Assembly: GCA_013374835.1 (NCBI GenBank)
Contig: CP055307.1
Span: forward strand, 146,622-210,621
Direction of reading: 5' to 3'
Length of the DNA: 64,000 nt
Source of the DNA: Candidatus Woesebacteria bacterium
Lineage (GTDB): Bacteria; Patescibacteriota; Microgenomatia; UBA8517
The notes under the pieces were generated by a model, which was given only the letters and a program-made list of their open reading frames with translations, made no database searches and had not been told where the DNA came from. A program made the position numbers and the translations under genes. The stretch's first letter is position 1, and the number at the start of each line of letters is the position of its first letter. Shown here in pieces: positions 8,895 through 18,639 of this stretch.

Positions 8895-9921
8895 TCTTAA
8901 TTTTGAGGCTAAAAAAGTTATTCTAAGACTCGATCTGGATATTAAGTTAAACAGCCGGGAATTGGAAAAAATACCGCGCCTTCAAAATTCTCTTCCTACA
9001 ATTTCTGCAATATTTTCAAAAGCAGAAAAAATTCTTCTAATAGGTCACGCTGGAAGGCCTGAGGGCAAGTTTGTCTCGGAATTAAGTTTAAAACCATTAA
9101 TTTCTTTTTTTAAAATGAACATGGGTGGCGCTAAATTTATAGAATTCACACCTGAGTCGCAAAATCTCGAGTCTGCAAAAAATGAGTTTTTAAGTTCAAA
9201 AAATAAGCTTTATTTATTGGAAAACCTTAGATTTTGGATAGATGAGGAAAAAAATAGTCTGGAATTTGCTAAACAGCTTGCTGATTTTGGCAACGTCTAT
9301 GTAAATGATTCTTTCGCCTCAAGTCACAGGAGCCATGCTTCGACCAGTACACTTCCGAAGTTAATTAAAAATAAAGGCGGCCTGTGCGCCATCGGAATTA
9401 GATTTGAAGAAGAACTTGTCAATCTTGATAAAGTAATCACAAATCCCAAAAGGCCCGTAATTTCAATAATAAGTGGAGTAAAAAAAGATAAACTCAAATA
9501 CCTCGAAGGAATCAAAAAAATCTCCGACAAAGTGCTTATTGCGGGCAGGTTGCCGGAATATTTTGAGCAACAGCCAGATGACAAGTTAATTGTTGGAAAA
9601 CTCATCCCCGATAAAGAAGATCTTACAGTTCATTCTGTAGAACTTTTCGAAAATGAAATTAGCAACGCAGGAACAATTATTGTATCGGGTCCTATGGGTA
9701 AGTTCGAAGACAATGGTCACAGATTGGCAACAGAAAGAATTCTTAATTCTATAGCCAAAAACATAACGGCATTCAAGTTAGCGGGCGGGGGAGATACTCA
9801 ATGTGCTCTGGATATGTTTGGTTTAAGCGACAAATTTAATTGGATCAGTAGTGGTGGAGGTGCTATGCTTACATATCTTTCAACAGGTACTTTACCGGCC
9901 ATTGAAGCGTTGATAAACTAA
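8872..9921 (+). CDS. pgk: Phosphoglycerate kinase.
   Basis: LLENLRFWIDEEKN, VYVNDSFASSHRSHAS and GGGAML are PGK signatures. Confidence 0.9.
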   Translation: MNLPTLNSLNFEAKKVILRLDLDIKLNSRELEKIPRLQNSLPTISAIFSKAEKILLIGHAGRPEGKFVSELSLKPLISFFKMNMGGAKFIEFTPESQNLESAKNEFLSSKNKLYLLENLRFWIDEEKNSLEFAKQLADFGNVYVNDSFASSHRSHASTSTLPKLIKNKGGLCAIGIRFEEELVNLDKVITNPKRPVISIISGVKKDKLKYLEGIKKISDKVLIAGRLPEYFEQQPDDKLIVGKLIPDKEDLTVHSVELFENEISNAGTIIVSGPMGKFEDNGHRLATERILNSIAKNITAFKLAGGGDTQCALDMFGLSDKFNWISSGGGAMLTYLSTGTLPAIEALIN

Positions 9922-9925
9922 GACA

Positions 9926-11038
9926 ATGGTTAAAGTAGGAATAAATGGTTTTGGAAGAATTGGAAGAATTTCTTTAAGAATTGCCCTTACAAAGGAGAAA
10001 GAAAACGTTTCGGTTTGTGCAATAAATACTTCAGGATCAATGGAGGTTGAGGGTTGGGCACATTTATTAAGCTACGACACAATGTATCGTCAATTTGAAA
10101 AAGAAGTTGTTGCTGAAAAGACAAAAAACGTCAAAGAAGCAACAGACGAAGATCCTCTAATCGGCTATATTAAAATTAAAGATGAAGACATTAAAATACC
10201 CATCCTTGCACAAAGAGATCCTTCAAAAATTCCCTGGAAAAACTACGGGGTAGATGTGGTTATCGAATCAACCGGTATTTTTCGTACCGAAGAAGACGCC
10301 AAAAAACACGCTCTCGGAGGAGCCAAAAGGGTGGTAATTTCAGCACCAAGTAAAGGCGGTAATGTCGGAACCTATGTGTTAGGCGTAAACGAATATAAAG
10401 GCAACGCAGTTGTTTTAAATAACGCAAGCTGCACAACAAACTGTGTCGCCCCAGTAGCGGCTGTAATGCATGCTAAATTTGGTATAGAAAAAGCAGTAAT
10501 GACAACAATCCACAGCTACACTGACGATCAAAATCTTCAAGATAATTCAAATAAAGATCTCCGCCGCGCACGCGCAGCCGCAGAAAACATAATCCCAACA
10601 TCAACAGGGGCGGCAATCGCAACAACCGAAACAATACCAGAGCTTAAAGGGCTTTTCGATGGCGCCGCGCTTCGAGTTCCTACGGCAACAGGTTCAATTA
10701 CCGATTTTACCCTTCTTCTTAAAAAAAATACAACCAAAGAAGAAGTAAATAAAACTTTTATAGATGCATCTCAAAACCCCCTTTATAAAAACATTTTGGG
10801 AGTAACAGAGAAACCGCTTGTTTCCTCAGACATTATAGGAAGAAGCGAGTCAGCTATCGTAGATTTATCTCTAACACAAGTAGTAGCGGGCAATCTGGTT
10901 AAAATTTTTGCTTGGTATGATAACGAGTGGGGCTACGCAACAAGGCTAATAGAACAAGTAATTCGTGTCGGAAATACGCTCGAATCCCAAGTCGCACCCA
11001 CAGATCCGATCACTCTTTCTTTCCAGAAAAATAGCTAA
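9926..11038 (+). CDS. gap: Glyceraldehyde-3-phosphate dehydrogenase.
   Basis: MVKVGINGFGRIGR plus the active-site ASCTTNCVAPV. Confidence 0.95.
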   Translation: MVKVGINGFGRIGRISLRIALTKEKENVSVCAINTSGSMEVEGWAHLLSYDTMYRQFEKEVVAEKTKNVKEATDEDPLIGYIKIKDEDIKIPILAQRDPSKIPWKNYGVDVVIESTGIFRTEEDAKKHALGGAKRVVISAPSKGGNVGTYVLGVNEYKGNAVVLNNASCTTNCVAPVAAVMHAKFGIEKAVMTTIHSYTDDQNLQDNSNKDLRRARAAAENIIPTSTGAAIATTETIPELKGLFDGAALRVPTATGSITDFTLLLKKNTTKEEVNKTFIDASQNPLYKNILGVTEKPLVSSDIIGRSESAIVDLSLTQVVAGNLVKIFAWYDNEWGYATRLIEQVIRVGNTLESQVAPTDPITLSFQKNS

Positions 11039-11048
11039 TTCAGTGTCA

Positions 11049-11690
11049 ATGGAAATCATCCCAGCAGTTTTGACCTCAGACCCAAGCGAACTTAAGCACT
11101 TAATAAAGTTAGCGGAAGGCAATGTTAAAAAAGTGCAAATAGACATAATCGACGGGGTTTTTGAAAAAAACAAAACCGTTAATCCCGAAAGCCTCAAATA
11201 TTTAGAAACAAGCATTTTGTTTGATATCCAGTTGATGGTAAAAGAACCGATTTCTTGGATAGAAAGATGTGTCCTGGCAAATACGGACAGAATAATTGGC
11301 CACATTGAATTAATGTCAGACCAGCTTGAATTTGCAGAAAAAGTCCAGAGCCTAGGCCTAAAAATAGGTTTGGGTTTGGACCTAGATACCCCGATAGAAA
11401 AAATATATCCTCGTTTAATTAATGATATAGACGTAATTTTGCTTATGTCAACAAAAGCGGGTTTTGGTGGACAGAAGTTTCAAAAAAAAGTGTTTGAAAA
11501 AATTAAAAAACTAAACAAAATTCGAGAAAACGACCAATCACCATTCAAAATTTGCGTCGATGGGGGAATAACAAAAGACCAAGTCCCCAGGCTTCAAGAG
11601 CTAAAAGTAGACGAAATTGCAGTAGGAAGGCGTCTACTCAACGAAAATATTACCGATGAACTTAAAAACTTCCAAAAGCTTATTTCTTAA
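11049..11690 (+). CDS. rpe: Ribulose-phosphate 3-epimerase-like (Rpe family).
   Basis: TIM-barrel epimerase pattern (MEIIPAVLTSD...IDIIDG...LMSTKAGFGGQKF...VDGGI). The start is the internal ATG at 11049, after the end of gap. Confidence 0.7.
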   Translation: MEIIPAVLTSDPSELKHLIKLAEGNVKKVQIDIIDGVFEKNKTVNPESLKYLETSILFDIQLMVKEPISWIERCVLANTDRIIGHIELMSDQLEFAEKVQSLGLKIGLGLDLDTPIEKIYPRLINDIDVILLMSTKAGFGGQKFQKKVFEKIKKLNKIRENDQSPFKICVDGGITKDQVPRLQELKVDEIAVGRRLLNENITDELKNFQKLIS

Positions 11691-11711
11691 TGCTAAGTGT
11701 ATAATTTATTT

Positions 11712-12377
11712 ATGATCGAAGACCCAAAAAAAATTCCCGGCAAAAAATCCGTAAAGCTTACAAGGGGAATAATTAAAAATATCGCATTTTTTGGAGACGC
11801 AAATGTATCTAAAACGGATTCGGTATATAAAGACGCTTTTGATATAGCAAAAATTCTTGCTTCCAAAGGTTTCACGATCGTAAATGGCGGCGGCCCTGGG
11901 GTAATGGACGCATCAACGCAAGGAGCCAAGGCAGCGGGCGGAGAAACAATTTCTGTTACTTTCTATCCAAAAGATGCGCCGGGTTTTGAAGGAAAATACT
12001 TAGGCAACATAACAGATAAAGAGGTAGTTACAAGCAATTACATTGAAAGAATGTTTAAACTCATAGAACACGCCGACATGTTTATAGTTTTTAAAGGCGG
12101 AAGCGGTACTGTTAGTGAATTTGGAACGGCTTGGGTATTGGCAAATATTTATTATGGGCACCATAAGCCATTTATTCTATACGGAGAATTTTGGATTGAG
12201 ATAATAGATGTACTGAGAAAAAATCTAAATATAGATAAACAAGAAATGTCTGTTTTTGAAATAGCGGTTAAAAAAGAAGACGTTTGTGCTATTATCGAAA
12301 AATTTGAAAACAAGCTTCAAAAAATGCACTCAAAAAAATACACAGAGGGAAAACGCTACATCAACAATGGCAAATAA
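11712..12377 (+). CDS. LOG-family protein (TIGR00730; cytokinin riboside 5'-monophosphate phosphoribohydrolase-like Rossmann protein).
   Basis: GGGPGVM and GGSGTVSE motifs (PGGxGTxxE). Confidence 0.75.
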   Translation: MIEDPKKIPGKKSVKLTRGIIKNIAFFGDANVSKTDSVYKDAFDIAKILASKGFTIVNGGGPGVMDASTQGAKAAGGETISVTFYPKDAPGFEGKYLGNITDKEVVTSNYIERMFKLIEHADMFIVFKGGSGTVSEFGTAWVLANIYYGHHKPFILYGEFWIEIIDVLRKNLNIDKQEMSVFEIAVKKEDVCAIIEKFENKLQKMHSKKYTEGKRYINNGK

Positions 12378-13197
12378 TAAAAAGCCCGACTTAGAAAAAA
12401 TATCTCGGAAAATTAGGATTGATATAATTAAAATGATCTCCAAAGCAGGCTCGGGTCATCCGGCTGGATCTCTAGGTATGGTGGAGGTTTTTGTCACACT
12501 ATACTTTGATATTCTTAATCACGATCCTAAAAATCCCGATTGGCCAATGCGCGATAGGCTAATTTTATCAAACGGGCATATATGTCCGGTTCTTTACGCT
12601 TGCTTGGCGCATAGCGGGTATTTCTCTCCCAAACAGCTCTCTTCACTTAGAAAATTCGGATCGCCTCTGCAGGGTCATCCCGAAAGAACCAAGCTTTCAG
12701 GAGTAGAAATAACATCGGGTCCTCTGGGTAGTGGTCTTGCCCAAGCAGCAGGCATAGCCTTGGCTGCTAAGATGGACGGAATGCGTTTTCGTGTTTTTGC
12801 CATCACAAGCGACGGTGAACACAACGAAGGCAGTCATTGGGAAGCAATAATGTTTGCATCTAAATATCGCCTTACAAATCTTACCCAAATTATCGACAGA
12901 AATAAAATCCAGCTTAGCGGCAACACAGAAGATATTATGCCAATAGAGCCTTTTGTCGAAAAATACAAAAGTTTCAATTGGCACGTAATTGAGATTAATG
13001 GCCATGATTTTGATGAGATTAAAGATGCAATTTCACAAGCACGGAATGAATATCAAGCTCCGACAGCAATCATTGCGAACACCATCCCTGGGAAAGGCGT
13101 AAGTTTTATGGAAAATCGTTACGAATGGCACGGAAAAGCGCCTAATAAAATCGAAACTAAAAAAGCGCTAAAAGAATTGGTCTCGCATGATAAATAA
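12367..13197 (+). CDS. tkt: Transketolase, N-terminal subunit (split tkt, thiamine-diphosphate-binding half).
   Basis: GSGHPAGSLGMVEV, DRLILSNGH and GPLGSGLAQAAGIALA. Confidence 0.9.
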   Translation: MANNKKPDLEKISRKIRIDIIKMISKAGSGHPAGSLGMVEVFVTLYFDILNHDPKNPDWPMRDRLILSNGHICPVLYACLAHSGYFSPKQLSSLRKFGSPLQGHPERTKLSGVEITSGPLGSGLAQAAGIALAAKMDGMRFRVFAITSDGEHNEGSHWEAIMFASKYRLTNLTQIIDRNKIQLSGNTEDIMPIEPFVEKYKSFNWHVIEINGHDFDEIKDAISQARNEYQAPTAIIANTIPGKGVSFMENRYEWHGKAPNKIETKKALKELVSHDK

Positions 13198-14161
13198 AAC
13201 AATTAAATTATCAAAAAAATTAAATTCCTGCCGTGATGCTTTTGGCAAAGCTTTAATTGAAGCAGGGGAGAAAGATCAAAACGTCGTTGTCCTTACAGCA
13301 GATTTGGAAGAATCCACCCGTGTCCACTATTTTAAAAATCGTTTTCCTGAACGCTTTTTTGATGTTGGTGTTTCTGAACAGGCACTTGCAGCCATAGCAT
13401 CAGGATTGGCAAATTACGGAAAAACTCCGGTTATAACTAGTTTTGCAACCTTTTCCCCGGGAAGAAATTGGGAGCAGATAAGAACAACAATTTGTATTAA
13501 TAAAGTGCCTGTAAAAATAGTCTCAACACACGCAGGTATAAATGTAGGCGAAGACGGAGCAACCCACCAAGCGCTTGAAGATATAGCTCTTATGAGGGTA
13601 CTTCCCAATATGGTTGTTATATCCCCGTCAGATGCAGAGGAAACCCGAAAAGCAATCTGTGCGGCACTAAAGACCAAAACGCCAGTTTATATCCGTCTCC
13701 CAAGATACGAAACCAAAATGTATACCACCCCAAGGACTCCATTTGAAATAGGTAAGGCGGTTTGCTTGTGGCAAGGCAAGGATCCCAAAGTAGCAATCAT
13801 GGCAGCGGGTCCCAGTGCAGTCAAGGCTCTTAAAGCTGCTCAAACTCTTTCAAAAAACGGCATCGAAAGTCTAGTTTTAAATAATCACACAATTAAGCCG
13901 ATCGATCAAGAAGCAATAGTAAATGCGGCAAAACTTACAGGCTGCGTTGTCACAATCGAAGACCATCAAATTAAAGGAGGCTTTGGCTCGGCAGTTGCTG
14001 AAACACTGTCAGAATTATTCCCTGTACCAATAGAATTTATCGGAATCAACGACAGTTTTGGTGAATCCGGAAAACCAAAAGAGCTTCTCACAAAATTCGG
14101 CCTTACGGCTGAAAACATAGTTGAAAAAGCTCTAAAAGCAATAAAAAGAAAAATGATTTAA
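13187..14161 (+). CDS. tkt: Transketolase, C-terminal subunit (pyrimidine-binding and C-terminal domains).
   Basis: FFDVGVSEQA, EDGATHQALEDIALMRVLPNM. It overlaps the N-terminal subunit by 11 nt. Confidence 0.9.
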   Translation: MINKTIKLSKKLNSCRDAFGKALIEAGEKDQNVVVLTADLEESTRVHYFKNRFPERFFDVGVSEQALAAIASGLANYGKTPVITSFATFSPGRNWEQIRTTICINKVPVKIVSTHAGINVGEDGATHQALEDIALMRVLPNMVVISPSDAEETRKAICAALKTKTPVYIRLPRYETKMYTTPRTPFEIGKAVCLWQGKDPKVAIMAAGPSAVKALKAAQTLSKNGIESLVLNNHTIKPIDQEAIVNAAKLTGCVVTIEDHQIKGGFGSAVAETLSELFPVPIEFIGINDSFGESGKPKELLTKFGLTAENIVEKALKAIKRKMI

Positions 14162-14162
14162 C

Positions 14163-15053
14163 CTACATCTGCCCCTCAAGATTTTGTTCTACCGGCATTT
14201 GTTCCCCCCGAACCTCATCCGGCTCAGAAGTATAGGCTTCTTTACATTCAATAAAATCAGGCGTTTCTGTAAAACCGCACTCGCCATTAGCCTGTCTTTC
14301 GCAGACCGTCGAATTATAGCAAACATAATAATTTTTATATTCGCAACTGGAAGAAAGTTGAGCGCCCTTTTCTATACAAAGTTCACCATTGCACCCTGAA
14401 ACAACACAGTCGCTGTTATTAGCTAAAGTGTTTTTCCCGGAGTCAACAAATCTAATTGTTGAAATTATATCTTCAATTTGAGCCAAATTTTGGCTCTCTG
14501 TATTGGTATAGTAGAAAATCTCGGCGTAAATTTCTTGATCTCCCGGCTTTTTAATTAAATATTTTATAAAAGAAATGTCGTATTCGCTTCCCTCAAGTTT
14601 TATTCCGTTATACCCTGCAATCTCGACTGAAGAAACACTCATGCTTTCGTCCAAATAAACAGGCCTGGTGCTTTGAAGAAATATTGAAATTCTTGCCTCA
14701 TCATTCCCACTGCTTGATAAGCTTTTAACTAAATCAAATGAATAAGATCCATTATCTCCATTTCCGTCGGGAACGACCTCAACCCACTCGCTCGGATGCT
14801 CGATTATAAATCCAAAATAATCATTGCTATATTTAATCCATCCTGAAGTGTCAACATCTTTTTCACCCGTAGACCTTAAAGAAGTATCTGAATAAAGCCC
14901 CGTTAGATAGTTGTAAATCAAATAACCGGTAGCTCCCAAAAAAAGAGCGGTCACAAAACCGAAAAGAATAATTGCAGCATAAACAACCAAGCTTCGTTTC
15001 TTACTCTCTTTCTCCCTCTGTTTTGATACAAACACCCCATTTTCTTTGGTCAT
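14163..15053 (-). CDS. Membrane-anchored hypothetical protein with a C-terminal Cys-rich module (about 9 Cys in the last 60 residues).
   Basis: N-terminal TM helix. The extracytoplasmic domain ends CVVSGCNGELCIEKG...SCEYKNYYVCYNSTVCERQANGECGFTETPDFIEC. I recognise no family. Confidence 0.5.
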   Translation of the reverse strand: MTKENGVFVSKQREKESKKRSLVVYAAIILFGFVTALFLGATGYLIYNYLTGLYSDTSLRSTGEKDVDTSGWIKYSNDYFGFIIEHPSEWVEVVPDGNGDNGSYSFDLVKSLSSSGNDEARISIFLQSTRPVYLDESMSVSSVEIAGYNGIKLEGSEYDISFIKYLIKKPGDQEIYAEIFYYTNTESQNLAQIEDIISTIRFVDSGKNTLANNSDCVVSGCNGELCIEKGAQLSSSCEYKNYYVCYNSTVCERQANGECGFTETPDFIECKEAYTSEPDEVRGEQMPVEQNLEGQM

Positions 15054-15132
15054 AAATTAATTATTACATTTTTTTTGAAAACCCACAACCTTGACTGTTT
15101 TTAAACTTGTAAGTAAGATAAAAATTAACGAA

Positions 15133-15603
15133 ATGAAGTATCTACTGCCCGTTTTTTTAATAATTACTCTCTTTTTTCCCGCCTTATCCAAAGCCAGTGG
15201 TTTTTATTTGGAAGCAATAGGCGACCTAGCTGTTGAAGGAGGTGGCCATGCTCATTACTGGTATACAGGATCAAATGTCACCTTAAGAGGTATTGCCCCG
15301 GCTAATTCAAGTGTAACTGTTGAAATAGACGGTACTGCCGAGTCCGTAACCGCTTCTTCCTCCGGCAGCTGGTCTTATACAACAAGCCTTGCCGAAGGTG
15401 ATCATGGCGTTGTGCTTTCTGCGCCCTCGGTAGAACCCTATTCGTTTACTCTTACAATAGGCGATATGCCTGAAGAAGTTGGTGCAATATCCAAGCCGGA
15501 TAGTCCACCTGCTGGCAACATAACACCAACACTTTTGGGCTTGATTATTGGTACAGGACTTATTTTTACCCCTCTTTTGGTTGGCAAAGTCTTTATAAAA
15601 TAA
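15133..15603 (+). CDS. Secreted hypothetical protein with a signal peptide and a C-terminal TM anchor.
   Basis: MKYLLPVFLIITLFFPALSKASG signal, a Thr/Ser-rich beta-like middle, and C-terminal PPAGNITPTLLGLIIGTGLIFTPLLVGKVFIK. Confidence 0.5.
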   Translation: MKYLLPVFLIITLFFPALSKASGFYLEAIGDLAVEGGGHAHYWYTGSNVTLRGIAPANSSVTVEIDGTAESVTASSSGSWSYTTSLAEGDHGVVLSAPSVEPYSFTLTIGDMPEEVGAISKPDSPPAGNITPTLLGLIIGTGLIFTPLLVGKVFIK

Positions 15604-15606
15604 TCT

Positions 15607-16620
15607 ATGTCTCAAAAAACGCTTTCGGAAATAGCCGACAAACTGGTTCTTCCTCCAAAGGGTATTTTGGCGGCAGACGAATCGGAAGGCACAATTAAAA
15701 AACGCTTCGACGATATCGGTATAGAATCAAATATTGAAAATAGGTGTAACTACAGAGAAATGCTTTTTACCACCCCTGAAATTGAAAAATACATAAGCGG
15801 GGTTATACTTTTTGACGAAACAGTCTGGCAAAAGATAAACAAAGTAGTTTTAATCCCAAGCTATCTATCTCAACGAGGAATACTGCCGGGAATAAAAGTA
15901 GACGAAGGCAAAGAGCCTTTTTCAGATTCTCCCAATGAGTTTGTCACAAAAGGATTGGATGGTTTGTCCGACAGACTGCCAAAATATGTAAAGGCCGGGT
16001 GTGTTTTTACAAAATGGCGTGCCGTCGCCACAATAGGAGACAGTATTCCGACCGACGAAGCTATCCAAATAAACGCTGAAAAGTTAGCCGAATTCGCATT
16101 AATATCTCAATCGCACAAATTAGTGCCCATTGTCGAGCCCGAAGTTCTTATGGATGGAAATCATTCAATAGAAAAATGCGAAGAAGTAAGCATAAAATTT
16201 TTATCTAGTGTTTTTTCAAATCTCAAAAAAAAGAAAGTTAATCTTAAAGGAATTCTTTTGAAAACAAATATGATTGTCCAAGGAAAAGATCTGGGGGATG
16301 CGGACGCAAACTTGGTGGCAATTAAAACGCTAAGCGTACTTAAAAAATGCGTACCGGAAGAAATTCCCGGAATTGTTTTTCTTTCAGGCGGATTAAGCCC
16401 AGAAACTGCAACTCTTTATCTTAACGAGATTAACAAAAACAAAAATCTGCCCTGGCGGCTTAGCTTTTCTTTCGGCCGGGCTCTTCAAAAACCGGCACTT
16501 TTTGCCTGGTCGGGAGATTCCAAGAATGTTATTTTAGCACAAAACAGATTTAAAAAACGGGCTATGTTAAACTCTCTTGCAACACAAGGGTTGTACCGGA
16601 CGGAAATGGAAAAAGAATAA
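15607..16620 (+). CDS. Fructose-bisphosphate aldolase, class I.
   Basis: GILAADES, GIKVDEG, EPEVL and LLKTNMI are class I FBA motifs (Schiff-base Lys region). Confidence 0.9.
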   Translation: MSQKTLSEIADKLVLPPKGILAADESEGTIKKRFDDIGIESNIENRCNYREMLFTTPEIEKYISGVILFDETVWQKINKVVLIPSYLSQRGILPGIKVDEGKEPFSDSPNEFVTKGLDGLSDRLPKYVKAGCVFTKWRAVATIGDSIPTDEAIQINAEKLAEFALISQSHKLVPIVEPEVLMDGNHSIEKCEEVSIKFLSSVFSNLKKKKVNLKGILLKTNMIVQGKDLGDADANLVAIKTLSVLKKCVPEEIPGIVFLSGGLSPETATLYLNEINKNKNLPWRLSFSFGRALQKPALFAWSGDSKNVILAQNRFKKRAMLNSLATQGLYRTEMEKE

Positions 16621-16622
16621 AA

Positions 16623-17612
16623 ATGGAGAACAATCTAAACCTTTTGTCAATAGGAGACGCTTCTTTGGATGTTTTTATTACACCAACGGAAACGGAAACC
16701 TACTGCAAAATCGACGATAAAGAATGTTTTATTTGTTTTAGCTATGGCGATAAAATTCCCGCCAAAGATTTGGAATTTAGTATAGGCGGAAATGCGGCAA
16801 ATAACGCAGTGGGAGCAAGAAGGCTGGGCATTAATTCCTCGGCTGTTATCACGCTCGGAAGCGACAATATAGGAAATCAAATAATCGAAAAACTCAAAAA
16901 AGAAAACGTAGATACGCGCTTTGTATTTCAAAAAGAAGGAATCCAATCAAATTATTCAACAATCATAAATTACCTAGGCGAACGCACAATCTTTACTTTT
17001 AAAGATGATTTTGACTACTCCTTGCCGGAACTACCCCACGTCCCCTGGGTTTATTTAACCTCAATGGGAGATTCCTTCCGTCCGGCATATGCTCAAATTG
17101 CAAGTTTTATTAGGGAAAATCCCGATATCAAGTTGGCATTTAACCCAGGGTCAAGGCAGCTTAGAGCAGTTAAGGATTTGGATGAAATTTTGTCGCTCAG
17201 TCACATTATATATATAAATAGAAAAGAGGCGGAAATAATTACAAATTTCGAAGATTCTCACGGCCGGGAAAAAGATTTGCTTAAATCCGTTGTAGAAAAA
17301 GGCCCCAAAACAGCCATTATTACAGATGGCGGAAATGGTTCTTTTGCTTTTGATGGATCGACTTTCTTTAGAGCACAAGCTATGCCGATAGATGCATATG
17401 AAAGAACTGGAGCAGGGGACAGCTTTGGAGCGGGTTGTCTAGCAGCATTGATTAAAGGAAAACCGCTAAGCGATGCGCTTTTGTGGGGTACGCTTAATTC
17501 TGCATCTGTCATTGGTTTCGTCGGTTCTCAAAAAGGTCTCTTAAGAGAAAACGAAATGCCCAAGTGGATAGAAAGAGCAAAATCGTGTAATCTTAAAGTT
17601 GAGCAATTTTAA
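16623..17612 (+). CDS. PfkB-family carbohydrate kinase (ribokinase-like). It may be the 6-phosphofructokinase of this pathway.
   Basis: GAGDSFGAGCLAALIKG is the PfkB C-terminal signature, and the gene sits immediately after fba. Confidence 0.75.
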   Translation: MENNLNLLSIGDASLDVFITPTETETYCKIDDKECFICFSYGDKIPAKDLEFSIGGNAANNAVGARRLGINSSAVITLGSDNIGNQIIEKLKKENVDTRFVFQKEGIQSNYSTIINYLGERTIFTFKDDFDYSLPELPHVPWVYLTSMGDSFRPAYAQIASFIRENPDIKLAFNPGSRQLRAVKDLDEILSLSHIIYINRKEAEIITNFEDSHGREKDLLKSVVEKGPKTAIITDGGNGSFAFDGSTFFRAQAMPIDAYERTGAGDSFGAGCLAALIKGKPLSDALLWGTLNSASVIGFVGSQKGLLRENEMPKWIERAKSCNLKVEQF

Positions 17613-17624
17613 GCTCTTTAACTT

Positions 17625-18611
17625 ATGAAAATTTTTGTATCTAGAAAAATACCGGGAAATTCGCTTGATCCTCTTTTAAATTCCGAACACGAGGTTTTGG
17701 TATCGGAGTTTGACCGTCCGCTTAGTGCTGAGGAATTTTTAGAAAGAGCAAAAGGATCAGACGCAATAATTACGCTGCTTACAGACAAGATTGATAAAGA
17801 TGTAATCGACGTAATCGGTCCGCAGTTAAAAATAATAAGCAACTACGCAGTCGGGTTTGACAATATAAACATAGACGATGCGACAGAAAAGGGTGTGGTT
17901 GTAACAAACACTCCATCAGACGAAGTAAACGAAGCTGTAGCAGAGCATACATGGGCGCTTATTCTTTCATTGGCACGAAGAATTGTCGAAGCTGATGAAT
18001 CAACAAGAAGAGGCTCCTACAAAGGTTGGGAACCCGGAATTTTTTTGGGATCAAGTCTGGTTGGAAAAACTCTTGGTATAATAGGCCTTGGAAGAATAGG
18101 TCTAATGGTAGCCCGACGAGCAAAAGGCTTTAATATGCGTGTTCTTTATAACAAACGAAGCCGGGATGAAAAAGCCGAAAGCGAATACGCCGTTGAATTT
18201 AAAGATTTGGACTCTCTTTTGGCAGAATCAGACGTTGTAAGCCTTCATGTTCCTTTAACGGATGAAACCCGCCACATGATGAACAAAAGCACGTTTTATA
18301 AAATGAAAAAAGGCGCAATTCTTGTAAATACGGCACGCGGACCAATCGTTAATGAAAGAGAATTAGTAGAAGCAATAAGGCAAGGCCAAATTGGAGCAGC
18401 AGGGCTTGATGTTTTTGACAACGAGCCAAACATCAACCCAGAGCTGATAGCCATGGAAAACGTAATACTAACGCCGCATATTGCATCAGCTACCTGGGAA
18501 GCCAGAAACAAAATGGGGGCTCAAGCGGTACAGGCAGTTTTTGACTTATTTGAAGGCAAAAAGCCCGAAAATTTAGTAAACGAAGCTGTTTGGGAAAAAC
18601 GCCGCACCTAA
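17625..18611 (+). CDS. D-isomer-specific 2-hydroxyacid dehydrogenase (glycerate/hydroxypyruvate reductase or PGDH-like).
   Basis: NAD-binding GIIGLGRIGLMVARRA; catalytic region ARGPIVNE...TPHIASAT. Confidence 0.85.
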   Translation: MKIFVSRKIPGNSLDPLLNSEHEVLVSEFDRPLSAEEFLERAKGSDAIITLLTDKIDKDVIDVIGPQLKIISNYAVGFDNINIDDATEKGVVVTNTPSDEVNEAVAEHTWALILSLARRIVEADESTRRGSYKGWEPGIFLGSSLVGKTLGIIGLGRIGLMVARRAKGFNMRVLYNKRSRDEKAESEYAVEFKDLDSLLAESDVVSLHVPLTDETRHMMNKSTFYKMKKGAILVNTARGPIVNERELVEAIRQGQIGAAGLDVFDNEPNINPELIAMENVILTPHIASATWEARNKMGAQAVQAVFDLFEGKKPENLVNEAVWEKRRT

Positions 18612-18639
18612 AATTAATTTACTTCTTAGAATAGCTTTT

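Noticed and set aside
11697-11711. The longer start (MYNLFM...) for the LOG-family gene, and the upstream GTG/TTG starts proposed by the ORF track for grx, nrdR, trxA and the DUF4870 gene.
   Set aside because: Internal ATGs preceded by strong Shine-Dalgarno sequences, and matching the known N-termini (for example MKCPFC for NrdR and MPELPEVE for Fpg), are more plausible. The ORF-track starts are simply the longest-ORF extensions.
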